Positions 1-13,870 of a DNA stretch of 64,000 nucleotides are shown piece after piece. Position 1 is the stretch's first letter; the number at the start of each line of letters is the position of its first letter. The DNA is from Takakia lepidozioides (Eukaryota; Plantae; Bryophyta). Both the position numbers and the translations under genes were made by a program. The notes beneath the pieces are model-generated. The model worked only from the letters and a program-made list of their open reading frames with translations, made no database searches and was not told the DNA's origin. The stretch is from positions 49,848,001 to 49,912,000 of the forward strand of contig CM060732.1 in NCBI GenBank assembly GCA_030704615.1, written 5' to 3'.

Positions 1-44
1 CGCAAGCCAAGTCCGATGGTTCATACCTGTTGGCTGTTTTGCAG

Positions 45-601
45 GAAGTGGCAGTAGTTGGAGTGGACTGTCTCGGGGTGGACGTGCGTGTCAGCTTTGG
101 CATTGAAGTTCAAACACTTCGCTTTCCATTTAGTAGGCGGGTATGTGCAGATTATTTGCATGTGTGATGATTCTAACTAGTTGGTCTCTCCTCTTGAGCT
201 GGTATTTAGCAGGCAATGCATCTGGGAGTTCCACTGTTCTAATTACTGCGTCGTATGAAGTTTCTTGTGGCGATGTGCGATGTTGTGCTTCTTTGGAGTA
301 TGGCTGAATGATGTGGGACTTCGCTTTCTCGTCTGAAGAAAAAGAGAGCTTCGGGACCTTACAAATAACCAGTAACTAGCAGGCCAGCAAAGAGCAGTCA
401 TGTATGTCATGTTTAATGACCAAGGTGCGGTACCTGCAGGGTTGATAGATGGATTAATGCTGAAGAGTTGTTACTTTCCTTGGGAAATTGGTGCAGGCAA
501 GCTGTGAATCGAGTGCAGAGCAGCTTTTAGATCAGGTGCTGAATCCACGCTCCCACAAGCGTCCCAGAAAGAGCCAACAACCACGAGCCCCACGGCGCTG
601 A
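45..601 (+). CDS. 3' end (last two exons) of an At3g49140/At5g24060-like split-barrel protein gene
   Basis: Exons 45-140 (EVAVVGVDCLGVDVRVSFGIEVQTLRFPFSRR) and 497-601 (ASCESSAEQLLDQVLNPR...stop), GT-AG intron in phase 0. Matches the recalled C-terminus of this plant family (VIGVDSLGFDVRVCSG.QVQTLRF.F..RATSE.SAE.QL). The 5' part lies outside the window. Confidence 0.75.
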
Positions 602-2067
602 CCAACACCCTTGTCTTCGGTGAATTGCCTGAGCTAGGTTTTAGGAGGTGCAGGATGGTTAAGCTATTTTCTACTGTCTGGAGGATTCTTAGACAAATAG
701 ACACATCCTTGTAACAGTAGAGGTGGTTATTGTGGTACCGGCTGGTAGAATTCACTATCAGCCACCGGTAATTTGTCCTTGTTGCATGTGAGGAACGAGG
801 AAAGAGACTTGCAAAGAAGTCAAGGTGTTCTTCAGAAAATAAGGATTCACCATATTACTTCGTCATTACGAAAGTTCAAACTTGGGATTGGCTCCTTGTC
901 TCTGACACGCCAATACTGGTATATGCTTATTTGGAGGAAAAATCTCTCATGAATTGCTCAGCCTTGTGGAGGAAGTGACTGAAGTAGGATTCTCTGCCAG
1001 CAAATGAACAAAATTGCAGGCGGATGCAGAGGTGGTACCATCGATCTGAATCAATCTCGACTGGCGGAGGTACCCTGATGTGATGACTTCATCTATTTAT
1101 AGCAGCGTTTACCAAGACAACAAACAACTCTTGAATTTTGAAAGCCTTTGGGTTCTTCATCAAAACCACAGATTTCTCAAAGATGTTCCTCTACTTCAAT
1201 CCTGCCTCTTTCTTGCTCTCGTCACATGGAGGACTCCTGCAGTACGTACTACAGTCTACGTTTCCCAGTAAGCTGTCACATATCTCCACACGTTGACAGT
1301 CAGATCTCTCCCCCCCCACCTCGCATGTGCGTACTCTGCCCCAGGGTGACCTGCCATTGCACAGCCCTGCCTGCGCACATGGCCAAGGAAATTAACGTGC
1401 CCACCCACGCTCTACACAGACCTCGCATACATACATGGTACTGCCTGTCCCTGCTAAGTAGTCAAGCAAGAACGAGGAGGCGAGCTATGGTGGAGCCAGT
1501 AAGCATAAGACTCACGTACCTCTCTTCTCTTTGCTCTTTGGGCCTGGTCTTGGAATGGACCTCAAAAAGCTGGCAACCATTAATGGGACGTGGAAAACTC
1601 GGTGGGCGTTAATGCTCGGTATCGGAGAGATGGGCCCCGCCGCCAAATGAGCGGAGCGGCGGCGGCGGCAGGTGGCTGTCGGAAGCTGCCAGACGGGGTA
1701 TAAGTAGTGCGCGTCCCCGCAAAGTCTGGCAAACGTTATGGGATAAATGGAGTGCCAAATATGCATCGATCGGACGGGCCCTTCCTAACCCCCTCCCCAG
1801 CATTAAATGTAGCGTGAACATGATTGGTGGCGCAATCCCTGTGTTCCGTCCAAATATCCCTTCCTACTTCCGTGCTTTCCAATGTCGTTGGAAATTAACA
1901 TCCATTTAATTTATTGAAGATACTCCCATCAGGTTCACATCCACGGAGAGTGTTTTCATCCACCTTTCGCCGGTACGGCCGCCCCAATTACAACGGACCC
2001 ATCAATTCCGTCAGATCTGTCCGTTGGTTTCTGCGCCTCCCATCTAACCGGACTTACTCAACCACCG

Positions 2068-2200
2068 AATGACAGGACACAGTCATCCAAAAGCACATAC
2101 GCTCACTTAATCATCCAGATAATGACAGGACACAGTCATCCAAAAGGCCATACATTCATTTAATCATCCAGCTAATGACAGGACACAGTCATCCAAAAGG
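2068..2200 (+). repeat. Three tandem ~54-bp units (AATGACAGGACACAGTCATCCAAAAG...)
   Basis: Direct repeats visible in the sequence; probably subterminal repeats of a DNA-transposon remnant. Confidence 0.8.
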
Positions 2201-2290
2201 CCCTACATTATTAAAGAGCGGCTAATGTCAGGGCACGTGAGGCGCGACATTTATCCCCAACAGTGAAGCGGTACCCGGTCCGGTGAGGAC

Positions 2291-2353
2291 AGGTTAGGTT
2301 AGGCTGGGCTAGGTTAGGTAATGCTCGGTTCGGTTAGGTTAGATTAGGTTAGG
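2291..2353 (+). repeat. Degenerate (TTAGG)n tract
   Basis: aggttaggttaggctgggctaggttagg...ggttaggttagattaggttagg. Confidence 0.75.
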
Positions 2354-3659
2354 TGATCCAATATTGAACCGGATGGCCTGACACTGGATATCGATAATAA
2401 TGTTGCCTCCTGCCATTTATCTCAAACTTAGTTCCTTGCCAGACTTGGCAGGGATTTCTCGAACTAATATACAGATTTTGCTTTATAAAAATTAATACAC
2501 ATTATGCCTCAAATAAATAAAAAGTTATGGTGGGTACGTAATGTACTCGTATATATACATCAGACAGTACTACTGGGCAGTTGAGTACCTGCTTGGAGGT
2601 ACTTCCCTTGTGTAATACAACAGCATATTTCGCTAACGTGGAATTTAAGCATACTTAAGCCTCGTTAGTGAGAGGCTGCAGTTACTACGCAGTCGACAAG
2701 ATCTCAATTAGTGTACTGGTTAGTAAGGAAAGATGCTACTAACAGTAAATGGGCTTACTAAACTCACACTTTAACGGTCACAGCACTTACTGAGGTTACT
2801 CAGTACTGTTGACTCACCGAACCTCTGCCTGAGTTCGGCTGACCGGATGTGGATGAGGAATCTCGCGATCTGTGACAGATTTTAGCACCGTGCTTTTTGT
2901 TTTTCTAATATTCATTTAAAATAATGTTTTAGTGGAATATTGAGATCCCAGTAAGCAGACTGGTTGAAAATGGCCCAGTCGTCGAAACGCGATAGGTCTA
3001 ATAATATCCAAGAGTGACTAGGGACTGCGAAAAGACTGTCCAGCAACAAGAATATAAATAATAGTTTTTAATAATTAACGGTGACGAGTGACCGCAGTTG
3101 ACCGTGGGGGGGCCGGCCGAGAGCCGGAAAGTAGTCTCAATAAGTTATTCGCCGCGTGGGGCGGGGTTTTAAATGAGCGCGGAGGATTATCCCATATCGA
3201 TTGCCGCCCACTGAGATGGTGCGGCCTACTTATAGGCCTTTCTGCTCCTGCCTTGTGACTTGGTCCGACAAGCTATGGCTGAACCGGCCGCGGGATTGAC
3301 ATTGAGTTTACTCTGATCCGGCAGCGTGAAGGGGATCTTCTGTTATCTTCTGTCAATGTTTTCTTACCTTACCTTGTGTTCTTCTAGGAGGTGCGTCCAC
3401 GCTGCCGGCTACGCAGCCTAACGGCCCGGCCCAGGCCATGCAGGCCACTTTTGTTCTGCTCGTGCTCAATTTACTCGACTTAACAGATAGGCTCAAACTG
3501 CCCACCAGAGCCGCCACAAAGGGGAAGGGGAAAAACTTACATCATTCAAATTAGCATTTTTGGGGGGTCTTTTCTAAGTAATATTGGACCAGCTGCTTGT
3601 TCTCTTGGCCACTGACATTGCAAACGAGGAAACTTAGATAAATTTTATATATATATATT

Positions 3660-3870
3660 TAAAGGAAACCTGGGAGCGACTGCTCACAATTCAGGCCCTT
3701 GAGGAGGGGGAAAAATTAAGCCCCGTTCAGAGAAGCCATTAGGCACACAGGTGGGAAACGTCACCACCCGACCAACCGGTCACGAACAATCCACACACCG
3801 GGTAGGGCAGCGGGTTTGAACCCCGAACCACCAGGGCGACACACTGTGCAGCTACCAGCTGATGTGCAAA
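3660..3870 (-). mobile_element. tRNA-derived SINE-like element
   Basis: Minus strand has an A-box-like CAGCTGGTAG and B-box GGTTCAAACCC, followed by a non-tRNA body and an AT-rich tail. No complete cloverleaf. Confidence 0.5.
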
Positions 3871-6800
3871 AATATGTTTTAACCTCACTTGAGGTCAAAA
3901 AGGGCCCAATATAATAGTAATATATGAAGCCTCTGGAAGGAAGCGTAAATTATGGTGTCTCTTGACCCCAAGGGCTACTGCCTTCCGCGAAGAAGGTGAA
4001 CACCTTTGTGACACCAATCAGTGGATTGAACCCACACCCACTTCCGAGGTGGTATGTGCGTGTTACCGCTGGGCATTTGTGGAATTTAACCATGAATAGA
4101 TGCAACGGCACTTTTCAAGGTTTGTACATTTCTTATACAATATAGTTGTAAAAGAACATTGGTACACTTGTTGTGGGCTGCAACTTGGTTGTCAAAAAAG
4201 GGCCCTATACGGAGACCGCGGTATGCTTCTACCATCTGTACAAATTTCCTGATAAGCCTCTTAATTTTCATGTTTGTTCAAGCACCCAATCCAGAAATGA
4301 ATTGAGGTTCGGCCGTTGGAGAAATGTCAATTATATAGAAAAAGTTTACATGTTATTTATATTTATGTTTTCAAATATATAAAAAGGGAAACACCCATTA
4401 GCGACTGCTCCGAGATACCATAATTTAGGAGGTGAATTTCGTGCCCCTTGTTTTCCCGATTTATTTTTTATTTTTTTCCGGATTTGAGAATCCTGGAGGG
4501 AGGATTTGAAATCTGGGAAAATATGTAATATGTAATGTCTATTGTAATATCTATAAATGTAATATCTATTGTATGTGTAGCGCAAAATGTGGAATCTGTG
4601 GAATGTGGATTTCCGGGTGACAGTTTTCAATTCAGCTGGCAGGGCTATAAAAAGGAATGTTAACCTTGAATTTAATAATTTTAGTCCTGAGCCCTAGAGG
4701 CATGAGGAAAAAATTGGATGAAAGCAGTTAGTGCCACTTGTACGTGATCTGAACAAGTTTTCACATGAACTATTATTGATGAAAGATTTTGTATTGCAAC
4801 TGAGTATATCAGTTGTGTCAATTATTGTTAAAACAGATTTTTTTTTTTTTTTGAAAAAAATAAGGAAACCTTTTTTTCCCCTCAATAAAAGGTTTTTGTT
4901 TTTTTTAATTTTTAAGGGGAAACCTGGGAGCAACAGCCCAACAACAGATTGTGAATGTCCAAAAATGGAGTCGGACGAAACACACAACTCTTTCATGACT
5001 CCGTCCTGCACTTTTTATATCAATATCATTGTACCAGTGCCGGTTTCAACTGGATAATGTCCCACTGGTTTGAATTAATCATACCAAACAATATATTTGT
5101 GTGTATCAGATCAAAGGGCCAGTAGGTAGGAGTGCATTTTAGTTGACAGGTGTAGTCCAACACACGCCGTGGGAATACATGCTACCATGGGCAATTTGCG
5201 AAACACCAGATGGAAGCTTGTGCGTCAAACACTGCCAACCGCACTCTTATTATAGAGAGCTGTAGACGGACGGTCAATCTGTTGTCCCTTTACTACCACT
5301 AATCACCTCAATTGTTCATAAGAACCTATTTTTGATGTGGGACTCTCGGACCGACGCATTTGTGATATTTGACACCTGGTCCAAGAAGTACATTTAGGTG
5401 AACTTCCTTCAACTATGAATAGAACTTTATAGGGCTCTGCATTATTACTATTTAAAAAATAAATCATAAAAAAAATGCATGTTTTGTAGTCTTATGTCCC
5501 AGTGATGTAGGGAGGGCCCAATTGGCAAAAATTGGTCCTTTTTAGTCAAGACTCCGTACGTAGACCGATGTCATGCACAAATTTTATATCTCTTCGGTTG
5601 TGGAATAAAGACCGGGTTATTGGTTATTTTTCCCATGATCCATTTACAGGCCGAGTCCATCCGATCCCCTTTCATTTGAATGAAACAAAATAGTAAATTA
5701 GAAACCGACCGACCTTCATAGTCCTCTTTTCCTAAAAACGGTAGTAGTGAGCAATGACAATTTTGTCCCTTTTATAAATGGTAATTTTTTGAGCAACCTT
5801 CCGTGAAATTGCAACCCTACTCGCCACCAAATTCATTTTCATGAATAAAAATAAAATAAAAATAATATGATTATTTTATCATTTTGAATATTATTTTCCC
5901 TGCTTTTTTACTGTATCAGCTTTCTTCAAATAATAGTAATAAAGTACAAAAATAATTCCAAGTAAAACTCCCAGGGCCACGTGACTGTCCACTGTTTATT
6001 TATTTATTTATTCTAGTTTTTAAAAGTACAAGTAAAAATCCCGGTTTGATAGAGCAGGTGGTACTGGGTTCAAATCCTGGATACCACACTCAGGGCATTT
6101 GTGTGCAGGAGGGCGGCGGTGTTATTATGCACACATATTATACACCTAGTAAGAGCTAATTAATTAGATTAGATTAGAATAACAGTACTACTTATTCCTC
6201 AGTCCCCGGATAAGTTCTTTAACTTAACCCCTTATGAAAATGACACAGATTAGAGTCTAGACAGCAGCCAGATGTGATATCGCCATAACCACACCAAAAG
6301 GAGTGTCACTCCAAACGGTGTAACTCCCACTTATTAGTTTGACAAGCCCGACAGTAGGCTCTGTAAATTCACTGGACGTTAAAGAAACTTTATCCTTATG
6401 CTGTCACAGCAAGTTAACATGAAGGCCAGTGAAAAAAACAAAGCAAAGAAAAAAACATGTAGGCTGGCAGTGGAGAATAGAGGGTTAAAGAGTGAAGACT
6501 GTGTATATGGATGGGGCTGCAGAAGAAAAAAGCTATGGCTGCCTGCCTCGCTCGGATGGTCAGCAGCTGAAAGTCAGGAGTCAAGTAGAGCGGAGTGGGT
6601 TTAATACTTGTATTAGCTTTGACTCTTTGTGTTGTTCAAACATCTCTTTTCACTTTATATCTTGTTATAATCTCACGGTTTCTCTCTCTCGTCGTTTCTT
6701 GCAGAGCAGGTAGAAGCTTTGATCCCTTTCTGTAGGGGGGTGGGGGGATAATCATGGGGAGTACCTGAGGGAAGTGATCCCAGAGTCCTGCATGAGAAGC

Positions 6801-7567
6801 TGTCAGGACGATTTTTTAACTCTCTGAGCGGGGAGTTGATTTGGTGAGTTCTTTGGAAGGATTGACGGACATTGTTACGAAGATGCTATGGAGCTCTACT
6901 GCTTTCTTGGGATTTGCTAGTTTTGATGGGTTTGAGGTTCAGCTTGGGGGCGTTGAGTCCACTTTCTCTCTTGAAAAGTGGTGAGAAGAATTGTGGAGAC
7001 GCTACATAGATCTTCTTCCTGTAGATGTTCCCGCAGATGTGGGTGACTGTGCTGTGAAGCTACTGAAGCGACTGGCTGGCTAGCCACTTGGTCTACCGGA
7101 TCTTACTTGGCCTTTAAGCTGGAATGTTTTGGGTTCTAGGGGAATTTCTTTCCATGGTTCTGCGTAGTTGAGCTGAGCTGTGAGGAAGGAGTTCTTTGGG
7201 TTCGAATTTGAGAGCAGATGGAAGCCCTTTTTTTCTTGAAGATGGCAACTTGGAAGGAAAGGGGTTCTTGATTTGTTCTTCCGGAACTGGAGACTTTCAG
7301 CCGGCGTCGTTATCGGTCATCTGGAAGATCAATGGGGCTTTGTCAGGATTGGCCACACAATCCTTTGCCCCTTGTAAACTCTTAGTCTAAGAGGATAGGT
7401 GCAGCAAGGATAAACGTGGGTGCCTCTGGATGTTCACGGTTTCCCGCCTCATGAGGCGAGTGTATTGAAGAAGACTGTTTTCTATCCATGTCCTTTAGCT
7501 CAAACTGTTCGACGTGAAGTTCTGAGGTTCTACCTCCAGGTACCTTGTAAAGCCGAAGGAGTGTACC

Positions 7568-10500
7568 ATGAGTTCTCCCAAGTCAGGAGGTTCGAGGGGT
7601 TGGACTGGGTTGGATTCAAATGGGAACGAGGAGGCAGCAGTGTCTATGCCTTCTCAGAATTATCACCATCCAAGACAAGTTGGGCAGGCTGTACAATCAG
7701 ACCTGTCCGAGAGGGTGGTGGTGGCCGTTGATGCAACTAAGGAAATCACCAAGCATGCGCTCGAGTGGGCGCTCACGAATGTAGTGGTGCAGGCTGGGGA
7801 GACCATAATTCTGTTGGCAATGCTTCCAATCGGCAACTATGGTAGGCTGTGTATCCACTTTCACAGGCTTTGGGATCTTTGGGGCGTGTGGAATAGATTG
7901 TGGGTCTATCGTAAGTTACGACTTTAAATGTTTTCATTTCCTGTACAGTGGCATCTGCCGGTGCTCTCCTTATTCCTTCTGAAATCCACACAGACCTGAG
8001 GGATGCTCGTATTGTAGCTCCACAATCAAACACTTTGTACCAGCTATCGGTACTATCTCACCTATCTGCAAATGAAAAGATTATGACTTGTGACTACCTT
8101 TCAGTCAAAGGCGTTGGTTTCTCGGGCCACATTGGGTGGGTACACCTCGCATCTTTGTTTGTGTCGCCCTACTCATTCACGGGTTTGCCTTGTGTGTGTG
8201 GCAGTACGAAAGAATTGGGGTATTCCTGCCCTGTTGCCAATGTTGGCCGGGGAGTGCAGATACCGGAGTGGCACTGGTGCAGGCCCAGGGACCCAGATAG
8301 ACCTGGAAGAGGATATCCTGGAGTCCTGCTCCATCATGATGCGCCAACTGCATAAATTGTCCGATGCTAAGAAGGTATGCGGACAATAGGCTTTTAAGAT
8401 GAGTTTTGTTTGTTTTGCTGTCACTTGTTTTGTCGTGGTGATTTTCAGGGCTCCTCTAATGCTTATGGTTAAGACAGAGACAGAGACAGAGACAGAGGGA
8501 GGGAGCCGAGTATGTATAGTATCGACACCAGCTTTGCTTCAGATGGGGATGTGTATTTGACAGTTAACTATAAGGGGAGCCTTGGGACATCTTTGATTAG
8601 TTCAGTACACAATTTTTTCTGTGGGAATTCTACCCTTCAAAGCATCACTAAAGAAGAGGAGTTGTCCTCTCGAATGCAGGAATGGCAGAAAGTGCACAGA
8701 AGAGCACTGACTATCAATCATTGAACTCACCAGAGTGGGTAATTCTGGACTAGCAGGTCAATATCCAGGTGAGGGTGACCCAAGCCTCAGCAAGGGAGAC
8801 TACAGCTGAAGAGGCCAAAAAGCTGTGTGCAACTTGGGTTGTTCTTGACAGGCAAGTTCTGCCCCCTTTGCAAGCTAATTTGTACTGTTCTTGTATGGCA
8901 TTGTATATCTCAGTTCCTCGCCTTTTGCAAATTTCTTTGCATTCTTTTCAACCCTCCTCCAACAACATGGCTTTTGTTTCCTTGAGCAAGCAGCAGAGGA
9001 TAGCCTAGTCTCGCATTCCTGAACAGGGTTTTGTTTTGCTGAAATGTGGCTTGTTGATGTATGGTCGAGACACTTCACCTTGTATTGTCTGCATGCCAGT
9101 CAGTTCTCATCATTTTTTTTGACAAAGATAGTCGAGGGACAGCTTCCTTCTACTACCTACAAAGCTTGGAGAGGTGGGGAGTTGTTGGATCTTGAGTTTG
9201 CGAGGTTTATTCCACTTTGACAGGGAGACGCGGTTTGCTCTGCAGGCATTTGAAGAAAGAGGCAAAGTACTGCATGGAATTGCTAGAATGCAACATTGTG
9301 CTTGTAAAGCCTTCGGAGCCCAAAATATTGCGCTTGAATCTGAAGCGTACAGGACCCTCAGGACGAGCATCAGAAGAACCAGATATTGAGTCATCGTCTA
9401 TGCTTTTTGAGGGCTTGAGCTTTTCAGTATTTCCAAAAGGATTCAACCAGAATGCTCCCCATGGACCGGCAAGTTCGCCAAGTAGAGTTGGGGGTTACCC
9501 AGGCTCTGAGCGGACCACTCCCTCAAGCAGTCCAGATGATGACATTGGGCCCGCTTTCACGCCCTCTGATCCTGGGACCTCTTCCAACTCCAGCTCTGAG
9601 CCCAGCAACTCTCCTTATCCTAACACACACTCCAACCAGCGGTCTTCTGAAGTGGGTGTACGGGGGGCTATCTTGGAGGCTGTAGCAGCGGAACTCATTG
9701 AGAAAGGAGGCTCTTATGCAATCTTTGACTCTGACAGTGACGATACTAGCCCCATGCCAGGTGTAAGCCCTGATCCAGCATCTGGTGCAAGTAGTGGCAA
9801 CTCCACGCGCGGCAAGTCTTTCTTTAAGGCGAGTGAAAAATCTCGGTTGGAGAAGGAGAAACCTACTTCAGGTATATTCTCCTCTTGCCCTTTTCACCTC
9901 AACTGTGTTCTTGATCATCACAGTCATAGAAGAGCTGGGAGCTCAGAATTCACCAGATTGAAAAGTGTGCTTTGTGTGTATGTATAGAAACAGCAGCCCA
10001 AAGTGTAAATGCCCTAACTGACCATACTGTCAGTGCAAAGGCAATTATGTCACAGGAATTTCCAAGGCATTTCGATTGTCTCTGACATTAGCCGCTATCA
10101 TTCAAACAGGGAAAAGGATAGTGGGCTATGCTGGTGATATGACACCCTCGTCCAGATCAGGGTCCAGATCAAGCTCCAGAAGGGGATCACCAGTGACACC
10201 TGCTCAGAAAGAGTCCCCTGTACAACTAGCGAGTGCAAGTGGGCGGCAGTCACTTGAAGGTCAGCCCTCCCTTAATAGGAGGGAGCCAAGTGTTGGACAG
10301 ACTTTGAGAGCAGTGCTTCAAGCCAATGCAGAGCTTGACAGAATGCCTGCACAGCGAGGAACCCTTTCAGAGCTTCTGAAGCCGGAAAGAGGTATGACAA
10401 TGACTACCTTGGTCTATGTGTTTGATACTAAGCTTAAGCATCCTGTCTTTTCTCTCTCTCCATAGAACCCAACCTCAAAAGTAGCAAGTAGCCTCCGGGG

Positions 10501-13500
10501 GAAGGGGCTCTTAGTATCAAACCATGTTTGCTGTGGTGGATGTCTTTCACTCCTCTTTTGCACTTTCTCTGAGCTTTCCATCAGACTTGGGTGTATGGCC
10601 TATACAATGGTAGTGGAATGTGTCAATCCTTCTGTCGAAGTGCATGGATTATAAGCGCATGGATTATAAGCATAACTTAGTGGGACTTAGTGCGCAGGCT
10701 TTATGACTGAGCCATTGCCCTGTATGCAAGTGGCATACATGAGTCCTCATGCCCCCACTGATAGGCTTATTTGGCTCATTCAGTGTTTGAGACTTGAGGC
10801 CAGTGTATGTATCTGTCTTGGGTATGCAGATGTGAGGCAAGTCTCAGAGGCAAAGGACAGTCGTCAAAGATATGGCGGGGAGCCTTGGGGTGAGATGCTG
10901 CCACCCAGATCCAAGCAAGATCTGGAGCGGGCATCCAGTGTTCGAAAGGCTATGATGCTGTCGCGGCACATGCCACTAGGTGCCCCACCCCTGTGCTCTA
11001 TATGCCAGCACAAGGCGCCTGTGTTTGGAAAACCCCCACGAAGATACAGCTTTACCGAGCTGGAGCTTGCCACTGGTGGTTTCTGTCAGACCAACTTTCT
11101 GGCTGAGGGTGGGTATGGATCGGTATACAGAGGGGTTATGCCTGATGGCCAGGCTGTGGCAGTAAAGCAGCATAAGCTAGCCAGTACACAGGGAGACAAG
11201 GAGTTCTGTGCAGAGGTTGAGGTCCTCAGCTGTGCACAGCACCGCAATGTGGTGATGCTCAACGGCTACTGTGTGGAGGGTAAACGGCGTTTGCTTGTGT
11301 ACGAATTTATCTGCAATGGGTCGTTGGATTCTCACCTCTATGGTAAGCCTTGGCACCCTTGGTCGGGATTGTAAATCTTTGTCTGAAGAAAAAATCAAAT
11401 CTTTATTCAAGGTAGGGAGCATGCTCTTTCAGGGATGAGGGATGTCCTGTGGTTGGTTGGGTTCTATTGTCAGGTGTGCGTGATTCTACAGTGAAATGTG
11501 TTGAGACACATCCTGTACTGGAGGATGTCGTCATGCTATTCAGTCCTTAACTGGCTTGCTGCTTGAGCAGTTAACTCTGATTGTTGATTAGCTATAATTG
11601 CATGCTCAAAGTCACATGTAGCCGTCCAGGAAGTTATTTGTATGCAAACTTGACATCGAATGGTGTTCCTATATGCAGGCCGGGATAGGCCGCCATTAGA
11701 GTGGCACTCCCGACAGAAGATTGCAGTGGGGGCAGCACGTGGGCTTCGGTACTTGCATGAGGAGTGCCGTGTTGGTTGCATAGTCCACCGTGATTTGCGT
11801 CCCAACAACATTCTTCTTACTCATGACTTTGAGCCAATGGTATGCCCTCATCTAGATGTCATTGTCTCAGATAATGTTATATAATCTATGTTCAATTAGC
11901 ATTGGAGTCTATGCACTCTTGGTAAGTCCCATGGGTGTATACTTTGGTTGCTTAGTCCACCGTGATTTGCATCCCAACAACATGCTTCTTACTCGTGACC
12001 TCGAAGCAATGGTATGCTCTCATCTAGATGTCATTGTCTCAGATAATGTTATACAATCTATGTCCAATTAGCATAGGTCAGTCCAGGCACACTTGGTGAA
12101 TCACATAGGTGTGCAGTTTCAGCCAAATCTGTCTGACTTTCTTTCTTGTGATATATTCAATTTTAGGTTGGAGACTTTGGGCTTGCACGGTGGCAGCCTG
12201 ATGGTGACTGTGGTGTTGAAACACGCGTGATTGGTACTTTTGGGTAAGATCCTCTTCCTCCGAAGCTTGATGAATTGCAAGAAATTTTACTAGCTCTACA
12301 CGTTCATGGTGACTTAATGTGCTTTTGGTATTGCTCTTGGTTTTTGACCTCATAAGTCCAAGAATCAAGGTTCTGTATGAGATTTGTGTTTCATGGTCTA
12401 CAATCAACTGAGCTCAGTGACTGTGAGGACAGGTGCAAGTGCATTTTCTGGAAGATCTGTTGATCTGTGGATTGGCTATAACCTTTTCCTATAGCCAAAG
12501 ATCTCACCGCTGAGCCAGTGTCAAGGTCCTAAGGTTAGGGGTCTAATTTTACATGGGATTGCAGTTTCATGATCAATAAAGTAGCTCTAAAGTTGGTTTG
12601 GGAATTATGGTTCCTGGTTTTCTTGTTGGCAGGTATTTGGCACCCGAATATGCACAAAGTGGGCAAATCACAGAGAAGGCAGATGTGTACTCGTTTGGAG
12701 TTGTTCTTTTGGAGCTGATCACAGGTCGCAAGGCTGTTGATATCGATCGCCCCAAAGGACAGCAGTGCCTCACTGAATGGGTGAGGCAGCTTCCCTGTTA
12801 TTAGTAGTAATTATATTCTGTGCGTTCGACTGTTTTGGGTTCTGGTTTCTTGGTTTCTTTCCTGTCCCAGAATCCCACTTTCTGTGGTTGCTATAATGTT
12901 TCTTACTCTCCCTTTCTGTCTTCACAACATATCTTCTTTCCTTTCCTCTCTCCCTCTCGCTCATTTGCCTTGTTTATCTGTACCCGTGTGCAGGCACGGC
13001 CCCTGTTGGAGGAGAAAGGGAGCCTCCTAGTGGACCCACGCCTTGAAAACCGATATGCTGATTTTGAAGTCCATTGCATGCTGCATGCTGCAGCTTGCTG
13101 CATTCGCAGGGACCCCCAGCAGCGACCACGGATGTCTCAGGTAAGCTGGCAAGCTTTGTGCAGATGCCATCTACTATATTAGGCTCTGCATCATGCATCA
13201 GTTCTCGGTTGGCAATCCAATGCCAGCTCAAAGTTATATCAACGCATTCCTTCTTAGTTCAGTTAACATTTGTGACCTGGCTGGTGCCATACCTCTACCG
13301 ATGGTGCATGTATGATGTCCTCTACAACTGACTGATATAACAAGGGCTAACATGGGAGAAACCTATCTATTCTTTTGCCTGACATGCCAGCAGCAAGCTT
13401 AGTGGTTTTGTGTTTCAGAAACTAACTTATTAGAGAGCTGATTGGTGATGCACCTTGTCTCTTAGGTGCTGCGGATGCTAGCGGAGGGTGAGATGATCAT

Positions 13501-13870
13501 GGATGCAAGTGGCTCCCCTACGCCAATTTTTGCGGCTGGGAGACCCTCTTGTGAGTGCCCTGGTGGTGGAATGGAAAACTGTGGTACTGAGAATGGAAAA
13601 ATTATGACTGATATTATCAAGTCCCCAAATGAGCATCAAAGGAATTACTTAACTGTCAGTGGCAAGAAGGTCAATCTGTCACACAGTGCCCCCTTGAGGT
13701 TGAGCCCAACCTCCTTGAGTTACAGTGGGAAGCTTGTGCCAGAACGTCCTGTCGCCCACAGCGGGAAGTTGAGCTTTGAGGCATTGAAGGCTACTTATGA
13801 GGAGAAAGGCAGCTACAGACATGTTTCAGCCTTGGCATACGAAAGCTATACGGCCGGAAAGAGCTATTGA
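7568..13870 (+). CDS. USP-like (adenine nucleotide alpha hydrolase-like) domain + PERK-like/RLCK protein kinase (HRDxRPNN subfamily)
   Basis: Phase-consistent exons 7568-7841, 8205-8374, 8757-8851, 9246-9871, 10110-10391, 10830-11342, 11679-11839, 12167-12243, 12633-12780, 12994-13140, 13466-13870. Motifs VVVAVDA..ALEWAL (USP), [49 protein letters not shown]. Confidence 0.93.

Noticed and set aside
2068-2200. CRISPR-like repeat-spacer array
   Set aside because: The spacers are themselves near-identical, the context is eukaryotic, and there are no cas genes.
2291-2353. Interstitial telomere
   Set aside because: Short, degenerate TTAGG rather than plant TTTAGGG, embedded in TE-like repeats.
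4086-5057. Short ORFs in AT-rich intergenic DNA
   Set aside because: Low-complexity poly-T/A translations with no motifs.
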